Below, in pieces: positions 26,145 to 39,635 of a DNA stretch of 64,000 bases. The notes beneath the pieces were generated by a model. The model saw nothing but the letters and a program-made list of their open reading frames with translations, did not search any database and was not told the origin of the DNA. The stretch comes from Chiloscyllium plagiosum (Eukaryota): the NCBI RefSeq assembly GCF_004010195.1, contig NC_057711.1, forward strand, positions 79,954,566-80,018,565. The letters are read 5' to 3'. Position numbers and translations under genes: made by a program. How positions within the stretch are numbered: the stretch's first letter is position 1; every line of letters starts with the position of its first letter.

Positions 26145-27320
26145 ATGCCACTCATCAGTAAAGTAATGGAAGGTGTCAAGGACAACGCTATCAAGCAGCA
26201 GGTGGGAAAAAGGTGGGAGTAATAGTCCTTGATATCAAGGTTACATTCAACCGAGTGTGGCATCAAGGAGTCCTAGCAAAACTGGAATCAATGGGTATCG
26301 GGGAAAACTCTTTGATGGTTGGAGTCATACCTGGAACAGAGGAAGATGGTTGTGGTTGTTGGAGGTCAGTCATCTCAGCTCCATGCTTTCCTCAGGATAG
26401 TGTCCTAGGCCCAACTATCTTCAGCTGCTTCATCAATGATGTTTCCTCCATCATAAGGTCAGGAGTGGGGTCACCAATGATTGCACAATGTTCAGTACCA
26501 TTCATGATTCCTCAGATACTGAAGCAATCCATGTTCAAATGCAATAAGATTTGGACAATATCCCAGGCTTAGGCTGACTAGTGGCAACTAACATTTATGC
26601 CACACAAAAGCCAGGCTATGACCAACACCAATAACAGACAATCGAACCACTGTCCCTTGACATTCAATGCATTACTATGACTGAATCCCCCACTATCAAC
26701 GTTCTGGGGGTTACAATTGAGCAGAGACTCAACTAGACTCACCACATAAAAACAGACTACAAGAGCAGGCCAGAGGCTAGGAAAATTACAAGTAACTCAC
26801 TTCCTGATTCAGCAAAGCTTGTCCAAGGCATAAGTCAAGAGTATGATGGAATACCCCCACTTGCCTGGGCAGCTGCGGCTTCATGAACACTCAAGAAGCT
26901 TGATACCATCCAGGACAAAGCAGCCCTCTTAATTGGCACCACACCCACAAGCATCCACTCCCTCCACCACTGATGTTCAGTAGCAGCAGTGTGTACTATC
27001 TACAAGATGCACAGCAGAAATACAGTAAAGATCCTCAGGCAGCACTTTCCAAACCCACGACCGCTTCCATCTTAGAAGGACAGGGGCAGCAGATATACAG
27101 GAACACTATCACCTTCAAGTTCCCCTCCAAGCCAATCACCATCCAGACTTAGAAATATCTCTCTATTCCTTCACTATCGCTTGGTCAAAATCTTGGAATT
27201 TCATGCCCAAGTGCATGGTGGGTCAACCCACAGCAGTTCATGAAGGCAGTTCACCATCATTACCTTCTCAGAGACAAATACGGACAGTCAGTAAATGCAC
27301 ATTCCATGAATGAATAAGTT
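26145..27320 (+). mobile_element. CR1-group LINE, RT to 3' end, decayed
   Basis: LDIKVTFNRVWHQGVLAKL...PQDSVLGPTIFSCFIND. Ends atgaatgaataa. Confidence 0.9.
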
Positions 27321-27997
27321 TTTAAAAATGCTTTTAATTGGACTCTGTGAGGGTCAGTGATTTCAGGACTTTTTTGTGTGTGACAGAATGACAGGATGTG
27401 AATTTTCCATGTAAACTTTGTCCCAAATTGGCCACAATAAGAAGACAAGAGGAGGAACTTTGACTAATAAGAACTGCAAACGTGGAAGTGAAAAACTTCA
27501 AATGTGTGATATTTTGTCATGTCCTCTCTGCTTTGAAGAAAAGTCATTGAAAGAAGGCTTGTCACCTGGGACCAAGTGATAAATTACTAATCATCTTTTT
27601 CAAAGAGCACTGCACAGTTCTGGGGTAATAATTACTTTACTTGCCCATTTGCAAAAGATGTTCTTTGACTTTTTCATCTGAAATTTAACTCCTTGGTCCT
27701 TGTGAAGATACATGGATAATTTAATATCTCATTGAAGAATGTAAAATGGACTTACTAATGAAACTCCCATTATTTGCATTGTATTTTGTAGTTAGTGTGA
27801 CAACTGGTTACCTAAAAAGATCTGAAAAGGCAGTGACAATCAAAAGTTACAATATCTAGGGCTGAAGTTTACATATTTTGGGTGTTTTCTTGAGTTTCAT
27901 GAAGAGTTTCCCGCTCTGAGACTTTGCAAGATCTCTCACTGTATCTTACTTAACTGCCCACCCAACCTGTATGGCACCCCTTTTCCCTGTTTCAACC

Positions 27998-28542
27998 TAA
28001 CCCTTCAGTCCAACCCATTCATGCCAACCAGAAATCCCAACCCAACCTAGTCCTACCTTCCAGCACCCAGCCCATATGCCTCCAAACCCTTCCTATTCAC
28101 ATACCCATCCAAATGCCTCTTAAATGTTGCAATTGTACTCCACCGCTTCCTCTGGTAGCTCATTCTACATACATACCACCCTCTGCATGAAAAAGTTCCC
28201 CCTTAGGTCTCTTTTTATATCTTTCCCCTCTCACTCTAAACTTATGTCCTCTAGTTCTCGATTCCCACACCCCATAGACTTTGTCTATTTATCCAATCCA
28301 TGCCCCTCATGATTTTATAAACCTCTGTAAGGTCATCCCTCAGCCTCCGATGCTCCAGAGAAAACAGCCCCAGCCTGTTCAGCCTCTCCCTACAGCTCAA
28401 CTCCTCCAATCCTGGCAACATTCTTGTAAATCTTTTCTGAACCCTTTCAAGTTTCACAGCATCTTTCTGATAGGAAGGAGACCAGAATTGCACACAATAT
28501 TCCAACAGTGGCCCAACCAATGTCCTGTACAGCCGCAACATG
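27998..28542 (-). mobile_element. HER1/CR1 LINE 3' fragment
   Basis: ORF 28251-28541 LYRTLVGPLLEYCVQFWSP...LERVQKRFTRMLPGL. Confidence 0.92.
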
Positions 28543-28785
28543 CAGTGGCGGGTCTAATTCCCTGACATCCTTCAGTCAGTCTGACAGACTCTGCAGCAGT
28601 TCGGCTGCCTTTACCTTTGTGACAACACTGCTAATGAGTCCCAAAGCAGCATCCATTGATGCATATACAGGACATGTGCAATGAAAGCTATTTTGTCATG
28701 TAAAGTATGATAACATAGACCACTGACATGCTGAAATAATGGGCCCACTGTAGTGATTGTAACAATGTCAGCCAAGTGGACCTCT

Positions 28786-29012
28786 TGAATATGAGGAGAA
28801 AGTGAGGACTGCATAGAATATGAGTTTCCTCATTGGGACTGTTAATCTGGTCCAGTCAGGAAGGCCTGGCTGACAGACATAAACAGGAGTATCACAGGTT
28901 CTGTTCACTCTAAAAGCTGACTCTGAGGAAGCCAGATCAGTGTCAAGGACTTTCCATGTGTGAATAATGGGTGACTTTGTGACAGGATGCCAGTCTGTGT
29001 GAAGTTATTTCA
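28786..29012 (+). mobile_element. Probable short solo LTR
   Basis: TGAA...TTCA termini, TATA-like cataaac and polyA-like aataat. No clean TSD seen. Confidence 0.55.
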
Positions 29013-29264
29013 CCCACTACTTGGGCTGTTGTGGTGGAGTGCTGCAGTACTCAGCAGAGTGAATGATGAGTTCATTTGCATGACGATCCATGACAAAGTT
29101 ATGGGGGCAACTCAGGAGCAGGATAAAAAGAAGAGAAAAATGAGGATGAAGAGAAGAGGCTGCTTAGGCACTGGTTTCTGACTGGGCTTCCTGAGAAAGA
29201 ACCTCTAACTGTAGCACCAATAACTGCAACTCTAATTACATTTTCATCATAAATCATACAAAGA

Positions 29265-29420
29265 TTTGAACTAGGTTCAGGAATAGGTCATTTGGCCCCT
29301 TGAGCCTGCCATGTCATTCAATAAGATCACAACTGATCTGTTAGTATTTTGAATTCCACATGTCTATCTACTCCGAGCAAACTCTCATACCCCTGCCTAA
29401 CAAGAATCTGTGAATCGCTT
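29265..29420 (-). mobile_element. CR1 3' UTR fragment
   Basis: aggaataggtcatttggccccttgagcctgcc...aataagatcacaactgatctg; compare the plus-strand tail at 36690-36750. Confidence 0.7.
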
Positions 29421-30934
29421 TCTACCTAGCACAATCTTCACTTGGTCACAATGAAAAAATAAAAGTCTGCTAAAATATACATGCTAAACCAAATTGAGAA
29501 GCCAAACGATTGAATAAAATACGAGTTAATCACCCTTGTCCATTCCCTTAATATCCAGCCTCTCTGTGCCTTTTCCTGCTTGAATTTTGCTACCCAAGTT
29601 GATCTCAGTGACTGTAGTGTAGATGTTGGATGGATGTTGATTTTCAATACAGCAGACTGTGGATGGCTTCGAAGGATAACCTTGTGCTGCTCAGCCTTAA
29701 CTCATTTATAGACTGCACCACTTCGACATGGCAGCAGCAATCTGGGTTGACAGGCTGTTAGGCAAGAGCAATTGCATTGACAAACTGACAGGGATAAGAG
29801 GGTGAATGCTGTATTCCTCAACAAGGACAAAAGTGTCAGTTCTGTGGAGCCACAGACAATCCCCAGGGCAATGCTAACAACATGTTGCAGGAAAGATTGC
29901 TTGACCACTGTGAAATGCTGAAAGACTCTGAGAACATAGACACGATGATAGAAGTCTGGATGGTTGCAGGCTGACCTTCAAAGTCTTTGGTATAACAGTC
30001 GATGTCTAGTGGAAGCTGCTTGCGCTGCAAAAGAAGTTGAGATATTCTCATCATGTTTGAATTCGTAAGATTGTTGATGGAGTTTATGTTTAATTCCAAT
30101 GCTGGACTTCGGGGGCACTAAGTTCCTTTCAAAGCTCTGTGTCTAATTGTTATTGGATTCCTCCCTCCTGAACATTGCATGCAGGCTTACTGGCAAGCTT
30201 CCTAATGCCCAAAGCATTTTTATTATGCCTTTTTCTAGGCAACCAAAAGAATTTACATCTGTTTCTTCTGAAATAGAACTCTGTGCCCCCTCTCCTTCAG
30301 GCAATTTGGCACCAGCACTATCCTTTCCATGGACCTTTGTACCCAGTTTGTTGGCAGAACAGATCACACTTCTACACTATCCTTTAAATTACTTCCCTTA
30401 TCAGTATCTGTTTTGATGGCTGCTGGTGCAAAAGTGGTGAAAATGTTCTTCTTCATTACTTTCAATTCTTTCCCCCTCTTAGTCTTTCAACATTATCTTG
30501 CCAGATTGCAGAAAGGAGAAATTCACTGTGACAGGGATGGTGGAAAGCAAGAACAATCTACTTAAAACTGAAGAGATTGTGAGATGAGGATATAGTTATT
30601 CCATTCTAATTTGGACACAGTCTCAGTCTTGGCTGTGCCAGTGATAATGTGCATTGTTTCCTCCATAGGGTTAAGAAAACGTAGCCTAGTGTGATCCCCT
30701 GTCAATTAGATAGTATTGGTTCCAATTATTAGGCGTCATGTGCTGGAGAGAAGAGGGAAGTGTGTCTGTGATGTGGTGCAATGTGTTTGGTTAATGTGTC
30801 TGTCATGGATTTCTAGTTAAGTTGTGAGATGTGGGTGTGAAGTAGGGCACTACCAAATAGAACTTCACAACAGTTGATTTTGTATGAGAACGCAATACCA
30901 GTCATAAAGGAAAAATCATATAAATACTGTGGCT

Positions 30935-32310
30935 CTAAGAGCGGGTCAGAGGCTAGGAATTTTGTAGCGCGTAGATTACCTCCTGGTTCCTCAAAGCTTG
31001 TCCACCATCTATAAGGCTCAAGTCTGGAATGTCATGGAATACTCCCCACTTGCCTGGATGAGTGCAACTCCAATAAGAAGCTTGACACCACCCAGCTCTC
31101 TTTAATTGGAAGCCCACCTTCAATATTCACTCAATTCATCACTGATGTACAGTAGCAGCAATGCGTATCATTTACAATATACATTGCAGTAACTCACCAA
31201 GACTCTACCAACAGCACCTTCAAAATCTGTGACCCATAACATCTAGAAGGACTAGGATAGTAGCTACATTGAAATGCGCCAACCTCCTGACCTCACCATG
31301 ACCACCACAGATCATCATGACTTGGAACTATGTTATCATTTCTTCCCTGTTGCTGGATCAAAATCCTGAACTCTCTTTCTAACATCACTGTGGGAGTCCC
31401 TTGTTGTCCGTGCTTTGTACATTCCAACTAGTTTATGTATTAAAAACACTTGTCTCAAGTGTTCTTGCTTGGGAGCTGGATGAAAGGACACAGTATGATC
31501 TGTGTTTCAACTCAGTTTTATTAACAAAATATTCCTGATTAAAAACACCATGTGAACATTTTCTAAATCCCCACAATATTTACTCTACATCGAGCTCCAT
31601 CTGTCTGTGAAAGGATGTTACCCACAACAATCCAGGTGTTTGAACTGAGCTGTTAGCATCTCTTTCATCTCTGACATCAGACTAGCTCTCTTCCACAAAG
31701 GTGGGTCTCGCAGGTCAGGGAAGATTTTCTTTCTGTCGGTTTCTCACTCTCATTTCTGGTCCCTTGCGTGGTCAGAGCTCTAGTGCTGGACCACATCAAA
31801 TCTTCGCGGCAAGTCTTTGCTTTTAGGTGCGAGCTTTTTTATCCTACCTTCCAGAATGTCTGAGGCGCTTGGCCAATGGGATAATGAGCTGGGTTCAAAT
31901 CATCCAATCGGATCACACTAACAGCATTCACTTTAATCATGTCAGGGAGGTATAAAGTACTGCTACTCAGGCAGTCAAGGTGAAAAAACATCTGATTGAT
32001 ACTCTAATGCACAAAACTCAGGCTGGTCACAAGTGGCTCTCCTTGAAGCTGTGCAATCACTTTGATCTTGGTTTTCACTGTCCTCTTTACTGATGGGTGC
32101 TGTTTAATTCAGTTTATTTAATTTTCTATCAGGCCCAATTTCTCCAGCCGTGGGTCAATTTAGAATGTCCAAGTTTTGGATCTGTGGTCGCCCAAGAAAT
32201 TGCAGCAATTCAAGAAGATAGCTCACCATTACCTTCTTCAGGGTAATTTGGGGGTTCTAATAAATGCTGGCCCAGCCAGCTAAACTCCCATCACATGAAT
32301 GAATATGGAA
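30935..32310 (+). mobile_element. CR1-group LINE 3' end split by a ~0.8-kb insertion (about 31402-32194)
   Basis: 30935-31400 is collinear with 26760-27225, and 32195-32310 continues the same tail (gcaattcaagaagatagctcacca...ataaatgctggcc...atgaatgaat). Confidence 0.85.
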
Positions 32311-32659
32311 AAATAGATTCAGCTACATAAATAACTGAGGTTCGTGTATTTCAATTTTTTTTTGTGATTGTGATAGACTATTCTGTCCTATATAACTTTA
32401 AAATCTGCAAAGACATTGAATTAGATATGCTGCAGGAGGAATGGGAAAAATCAGTGACACTGTGGTGAAGGAAGGTTCAGCAAAGAAAGTAGCTGAAATC
32501 AGCGGTTGATTTATCATTGAGGCTTATTCAAGAAATGCCTAAAACTCTGCTTCTCAAAGCTTCACGCATCTTTCACATTAAAACCCTTCCATTTATGTTA
32601 TGTGTGGCACTGAATGCATATTGTGTAAATAGTAGTGATTTCAAATCTCTAAGCTGTGG

Positions 32660-32885
32660 AGGGGTATGGGTAATGTAGTTCATGAATCACAAAAGATTGT
32701 TATGCAGGTAGAGAAAGCAATTAGGAAATCTCATCGAATGTTATCATTTACTGCAAGGAGAAATGAATACAGAAGTAGTGAATTTATGGTTCAGTTAAAC
32801 AGGGCACAACTGAAACCACATCTGGAGTACTGTTATTACTACTTATTTAAGGAAGTACATAGTACATTGGAAGGAGCTTACAGTA
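32660..32885 (+). mobile_element. CR1 fragment
   Basis: QVEKAIRKSHRMLSF...EYRSSEFMVQLNRAQLKPHLEYC. Confidence 0.8.
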
Positions 32886-35800
32886 GTGAGAGAAATGGGT
32901 AATAATGGGAGTCATGGCAAGCAACTCTAGAAGGAGTTTAGAGGTTGCCAGGTGTGGAGGTGGGTTGACTGGAAGTGCCTGTCAAAACACTGGAAAATGA
33001 AGCCACAAAGAGCCATCAAACCCTTTTCCCTTACTCCCTCTTATTTCACTACATATTCCTCTCCTCCTTCCAAGCCTTTTCAAAGAACTCTGGTCAGTTT
33101 AGACCTACATTTAGCAGGGTTAAAGCTTACCATTTGTAGTTTGAACATCCCACTAGTACAAATTAGATCAACCCTTTGCTATTTACAGATGAGGAAATAA
33201 GAGCTTATTCAAACCTGCCCCAAAAATGGTGGGGGCTGGGTTGAGAACTGGTACTTCTGGATTTGTGCTGTTGTATAAGGTAATTGTTCTGAAGAGTGTT
33301 GATGTTTATGTTTATTGGCTTCACACAATTACTAAGATTTTGGGTGGGGACAGGAAGTTCTAGAATAGCTTTCAGAGGGACCATCTGCACTAACTCCCTA
33401 ATGTCTTAGTAATTGTACCAAATATGGTTGTACTTATTGCAATCCATGCAATAAGCCTCTTATTCTCTCAGAACTGTGCCTCTCCTGTGGATTCTGTGCA
33501 AAGAGGTATCACCTATCACTAATCATTAAATATGACCAAGACAAAGCCTAAAGACATAGGAGCAAATTACCTCAAACAACTCTTTGCTGGTGCCATATAT
33601 TGGTAGACATGGCAAATACCATGTGGTGTCAAGCACTGAGCATCCTGGAAAATATCACACATATTTCCCTCACCACTTTTGCATTGTCTCGAGATCTTAG
33701 AATTCTCAATATTTTAAGTGAAAGGGCATCAGCTGTCCATTTGCTTTTGAGCAGAATACAATGACCATCTACTGGATTTGTGATTCTGTCTCCTCCTGGT
33801 TATCTAAAAAGTGACACTCCAGAGAAGATAACAGCATGGGCATTGAATTGCAATGAGATATCAATACCCAGCCAGTAAGGAAGCTAATGAGCAACAGAAA
33901 ACTGAGAGAAAAGTGAGAGAAAAAAAAATTTACAAGAGATGCATTGTGTAAAGTTGATGAGATGTCATGAAACAGCAGCTGATGTGCTGGGAATTTTGTA
34001 ACTAATTTCACAGTGAGAGAATCAGAAGAGAAGTGGTAGAGGTGCATAATTTAGAAGGGGCAGATTAATCTGATTAACAATGGGGTCACACTGAGTTCTT
34101 CTTTAAAATTCCTGTGTGAAATAAGTTCAAAGCCATTTCAATTGAATCTCCAGTTTTCAAACTGTCCATCATGCAAAAGTACCATGCAGTCTCACACAGA
34201 GAACTCATTAGAGAACAGATGACATAGTACGTGGAAGTCCTATGCTTTTGGAGTTGTGTTTTGAGGCGGGGAGATGGGGGATTGTTGTCTTGGGTCTTGC
34301 CATGCTGTTTCATCATGAAGGAGGTGATGAAAGCTTGCCAGTGGTCTGCACTGCACAAGCAAATGTTTCATTACCCTTTTGGGATAATTGATCAAATGAT
34401 ATAAGAAGAAAAATATATGTTACAGATATCCAGCATTCAGAGGTTTTACAGAGTGTGAAAAATGTCTCCAGATTGGGTGATTTTTGTGTCAAGCGTGTTA
34501 TAGCTACCACTGACTCTTTTCAGTAATTCTTTGCTCATTCGACTGTTAGAGAGTGAAGAGTTAAAATCTTTTGAAATCTTTTCAAATTTGAAATGGTCCT
34601 ACAGCACACAATAACACACTGCATGGCTTTTGAAATGACTGAATCGAACGTTTGTCATTTATATCCTCAGAGCTCTTAAGTACTGCGTAAGAAGCCAGCA
34701 TTTTGCCTCAGGCTATTAAGGAAACTAATAATCTGCTGCCAGTGGGCGGCACACTGCATAAACCATCATCCATCCCATAATTGCATGTTCTGCTCTACCT
34801 TGGGCACATGTGGCTGCCACATAATTTTTTCTTTTGGATTTTTTTTCATTCTTACCCAAAATAAACTACTTGAACAATTTGTCATCATCAGTGGGAATTT
34901 AATCAAGGTTTGCTTGTACTTCTTTTGCTGTGGGACTGTGTGCCTTTTATAGTTGACTCATATGGTAATGCTTATCTGTTTAGGCTTAAACAGCCCATAT
35001 TTCCTTTCAGCTAGCTTGTCTCTAATACATATTTCAAAATATTTTGGAATCAAAGCAGTGTCATACATTACACATCTGTTATGAATCTGAATAGTTAAGT
35101 TAATGAACAGAATTTCTTTTTAAAATCTGTGTTATTGAATTCCACCTATTAGCTGTAAGTACTTTCCATCAAGGTGCCATCCTCTCAGTTTACAGGATCA
35201 GAGTATATGATGATGAAAAGCAAGTTAAGCATGGCTCAATCAAAGGCAATCCATCATCCACATGACTGAGTTCCAGCTACCAGGAGCTACATGTGGGGGC
35301 ATCCTTAGTGGGACCCAGGCAGTATGCAGTACAAAATCAGTGATAAATGCTCCTGATACAATCTTGCACACATTTTGGAATTATTTCATAGCGGTATCAG
35401 TGAGCAATTAGAATGAAACTTTCAAACCACCAGATAAATGCAATACGTATGTAGAACAAGAAGCTTTGGATATACACAGCAGTTCAGTCTTCACCTATGA
35501 AGAGAAAAGACGAGGTATAAAATGTGGATATGTAGCCTTCAACAACAAGAGAAACGTTTCAGTTCAATTATGTGATATGAAATATACATAGAAGCTATCA
35601 AAAGATGTATTTTCAACATCTTTTGACCTTGCTTAACGTTATAGAGCACTTGAAGTAGAACAATTGTTAGAGAATCAGCATATATGAAAATAAATTGTAT
35701 AATGTTTTGTGAAATTAGTATCTGCTTAGCTGTGATTAATGGAGAGTTCAGACAATGGATAGAAACATTGAGTACAGCAATCAGCCAATCTATAACCAGC

Positions 35801-36239
35801 AATTTACCAGCCACACCCAATCTGAAAAGTGTCTTTTGTAGCCTTTCAAAAATTAACATCACATATTTTTAGAAAATCAATAACCACTCTCAATGTTTTT
35901 GATTTTGTAAAACAATCCATTTTCTTGATTTCAAAATCATATTCTTTAATACTATAAACGAATGTTTTAGTTTACTAATGTCACAATAATAAGCTGGTGT
36001 CAATGTTGGGTCTCTTAGCCCACAGTTGGGTGCAGTTCAGGAATCATTGTTGGCCAGATATTGGAAATTGTGCTGTAAAGGTTCTGTAACATAATAGCAG
36101 GAATGAAAGATTATTGTAATGCTATAACCAAGTAGATTAAAAGATGATCTAGTGGAGGTTTCAAAATTATGTAAAAGTTATGCAAGAAGAATTTGTATTA
36201 ATTTACTACCTCTCATATACTCTGGATGTATCAAAATCA

Positions 36240-36440
36240 TTCTGATCCAGTGATGTATTTTGGAAGTGTAGCTACTGTTGTTATGCAGGCAAGTACAAGA
36301 GTTAGTGTTTAGGCAGCAAAAGCTCCCAGAAGGAAAAAAACAGCATGAGTAAGCAGTTAATCTTTTTTGGAGTAAGGATAAATGCTCAACAGGATATCAA
36401 AAAAATTCACACACATTTTCAAATACTACCCTGGGAGTGA
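36240..36440 (-). mobile_element. Degenerate Deu-domain SINE fragment
   Basis: Reverse-complement similarity to the 3' half of 56372-56760. Confidence 0.5.
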
Positions 36441-36524
36441 ACACTGTATTCGATAGCTTTGTGCTATCTTGTGCAATAAAACCATTCATCATTCATCTTT
36501 GACAGACATATAGGATACGTGCAC

Positions 36525-36755
36525 TCAACATGCTTTTCTCTAAAGGATTGTGTGACTTTGGAACTCTATGCCTCAGAAGGCAATGGAAGGGGGTCATTGA
36601 ATACTTTTAAGCCAGAGGTAGATAGGTTCTTGTTAGGCAAGGGGATCAAAGGTTATTGTGATAGATGAGAATGTGAAATTTAAAACAAACAGATCAGCCA
36701 TGATTTTATCAAATGTCACAGCAGGCTTGAGGGGCTGAATGTCCTACATTTAGTA
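36525..36755 (+). mobile_element. CR1 3' end
   Basis: ggattgtgtgactttggaactct...gaggtagataggttcttg...gatcagccatgat...caggcttgaggggctgaatg. Confidence 0.82.
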
Positions 36756-38252
36756 TGGTCAAGTATCCTGATTACCAAATATTACTTAGTCTAGGAGTCA
36801 AATAGCTATTGCCACCATCTATCAATCTGTACACATTTATGCCTTATCACCTTCAGAATGGACAGACAAAAAAAAGTAACAAACAAAAGTAACAAAGGCA
36901 AACAAGGAATTTCTGACATGGCATGTGCTAAGTGTAGAATGCTTTGAAGAAGCAGATAATTGTTGAGCTATGGTTCTCAAAGTACTCAAGAACTAGAACG
37001 TTTCTCATGTCAAGTCTTCTGTTCTGGACTAATGAATCAAAGTTAACAGTTATGGTTTGTCAACTACTCCATTGTCATTATACCATGTGACTATCAGAAT
37101 GAAAGAAGATGGAGTTTTTTTTTTCAAACAGCAAGTATCTATGTTTCATAGATTTTAACATGAGTAAAAAATAATAGCAAAATGCCACAATGTCCTCTGA
37201 TAGAGTACCAAAAGCTATACATTTCGCTATATCTCAAACATAATCACTGTCTCACACAAATTCAACATTATTTCATGGACATTATTTTTGAATATTAATG
37301 AACAAACAAATTAAGCTGTTGAATGAACAAATAAAATTGTGTTATGCAATTTCAGAATATGAAAATTCAAGTATCATGTTAGCTCTTCTTTATTTTCTGC
37401 AGCAGTCTGGCAATTCATTTCTGCAGTTACTTGTGTGGGATCAAGAGGGTAACATGAGAGAGAACGTACAGCTGAACATTTTACATTACTCCTAGGAGGC
37501 AATTCAAAAATGGCAATGGAATTAGACAGCACATGGGCATATACAGAACCAAGTAATGTGTAATTTCTGTTGAGCAAGTCCAATGCAACTGCACAAGTAA
37601 ATTTCAATTGATAAATCATTAAAATATATCAACTGTTTCAGATTGTAATCTTCAGGACCCAGTTTAAATTAAGGCAGTGAGCATGGATGATTGAAGAATC
37701 ATGGTGGTAGATTTTGATGAATAGAAAGAAACTTGGGTAGGTTCTAATACAAGCATAAAATTCTTATCTGATTTTCCTCTCTATGCATGATTAAAGAAAA
37801 AAATCTACCCTGGGAAGCTGTAATTGCTGAGTTGAAGTATTAACATCTATCCACAATACCCTCCCTCAGTCTTAGTGATTTACCAGCTAAGCTAGAGAAA
37901 GTATCACTGAGGGCTCAATATTGTCCGATTAAGTTCTGTTGAACAGCATTGAAACAGATGTTGTATAACTAGAGCAACAGAGTGGGCTTTAAAACTACAT
38001 TGTGAGGGGAAGGGTTCCCACGAGGAGGGATTTGGAAAGTTAAAGTAAACAGACAAGCAATAGACCAGGGTAGTGAAATAGGTAATGATATCCAGAAAGT
38101 GACAGCAGACATAAACTGAGAAATGCACAATAAGAAAAGGCCAGAAATTGCAAAAATGGTAAAAACTCAGAATTACATTCTTTGTACCTGAATTTACACA
38201 GCATTTATAAAAAAATCAATTAATTGTTAGCACAGACAAATAAATATGTATG

Positions 38253-38530
38253 GATTAGAGTGGTGCTGGAAAAGCACAGCAGGTCAGGCAGCATCCGAGG
38301 AGCAGGAAAATCTGAGGTGGGGTAAGGGGAAATGAGGAAACTGGTGAAATCCACATTGATGCCATGAGGTTGAAGTGTTCCGAGGTGGAAGATGAGGCGT
38401 TCTTCCCCAAGGCATTGGGTGGTAAGGGAGTGGCGGTGGAGGAGGCCCAGGACCTGCATGTTCTTGGCAGAGTGGGAGGGGGAGTTGAAATATTGGGCCA
38501 CAGGGCGGTGGGGTTGATTGGTGCCACCCA
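38253..38530 (-). mobile_element. PLE 3' fragment: GIY-YIG end joined directly to the terminal repeat
   Basis: 38312-38525 is highly similar to 225-437. 38253-38311 is the reverse complement of the terminal repeat seen at 2290-2335 and 58095-58145. The hammerhead core is missing. Confidence 0.88.
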
Positions 38531-38551
38531 AGATCTAGAATGTTCTTGTGT

Positions 38552-39040
38552 ATCATAGAATTGTAGATTTTCTACAGTGTGAAAGCAGGCTATTTGGCCC
38601 ATCAAGTCCACTTCAACCCTCTGACAACCATCCCCCGTCCTACCCTATCTCTATAACCCTGCATTTCCTATTGATAATCCATCTAGCCTGCACACTATGG
38701 GCAATTTAGCATGTCTAATCCACCTAAACTGCACATTTTTGGACTGTGGGAGGAAGGTAGAGCACCCAGAGGAAACCCATGCAGACACAGGCAGAATGTG
38801 CAACTTTCACAGAGACAGTCGTCCAAGGATGGAATTGAACCCAGGTCCCTGAGCACGTCTAATCCACCTAAACTGCACATTTTTGGACTGTGGGAGGAAG
38901 GTAGAGCACCCAGAGGAAACCCATGCAGACACAGGCAGAATGTGGAACTTTCACAGAGACAGTTGTCCAAGGATGGAATTGAACCCAGGTCCCTGGCACT
39001 GTGAGGCAACAGCGCTAACCATTGAGCCACAGTGCTGTCC
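38552..39040 (-). mobile_element. HE1-type V-SINE with internal 144-bp tandem duplication
   Basis: 38708-38851 is repeated at 38852-38995 with about 3 differences. tRNA head at about 38970-39040. Confidence 0.92.
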
Positions 39041-39044
39041 AATG

Positions 39045-39635
39045 TGTGGCACTGATGTATGTATCACAAAGGTATTCAGGTACAGCAAGTAATCAGGAAA
39101 GCTAATAGAATGCTATTATTTATTGTAAGGAGGATTGAATCTAAAAGTAGTGAGGGTATGCTTCAGTTATACAAGGCACTGCTGAGGCTGCACTTGGGAT
39201 GTTGTACACAGTATTTGTTATCTTATCTAAGGAAGGATGCAATTGTGTTAAAAGTAATTCAAAGAAAGTTTACCAGACTAATATCTGGAATAGGTGGGTT
39301 GTCTTGTGAAGAATAGTTGGGCAGGCTTGGCTTGTATTAACCAGACTTTAGAAGAGTAAGAGGCAACCTGATTGAAACATGAGTACTCCTGAGGGACCTT
39401 GACAGTGGGCGAGGAGAGGATGTTTCTACTTGTAGATGAATCTTGATCTAGGGTGCAAAATTAGGAGATATTTATTAAAGGAAGAGATACAAAGTTTTCT
39501 TTTAATCAGTCAGTGAGAGTCTTTGGAAGTCTCTTCCTCAAAAACATGGGCTGAAATAGACCCTTTGAATAATTTTAAGGCCGAGAAAGATATATTCTTG
39601 ATAGTGAAATGTTAAAGGTGATCAGGGTAAGCAGG
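39045..39635 (+). mobile_element. Older CR1 3' fragment; its tail resumes at about 40241-40325
   Basis: QVQQVIRKANRMLLFI...LYKALLRLHL...QRKFTRLISGI. Confidence 0.85.

Larger units (their letters stand above)
27858..29200 (+). mobile_element. Possible second Harbinger-like remnant with nested HER1 and LTR
   Basis: Start agggctgaagttt and the next ~90 bp resemble 22711-22810. Right boundary uncertain. Confidence 0.4.

Noticed and set aside
29830..30110. Possible GIY-YIG-like remnant on the minus strand (HQQSYEFKHDENISTSFAAQAASTRH)
   Set aside because: Faint resemblance only; the defining upstream motif was not found.
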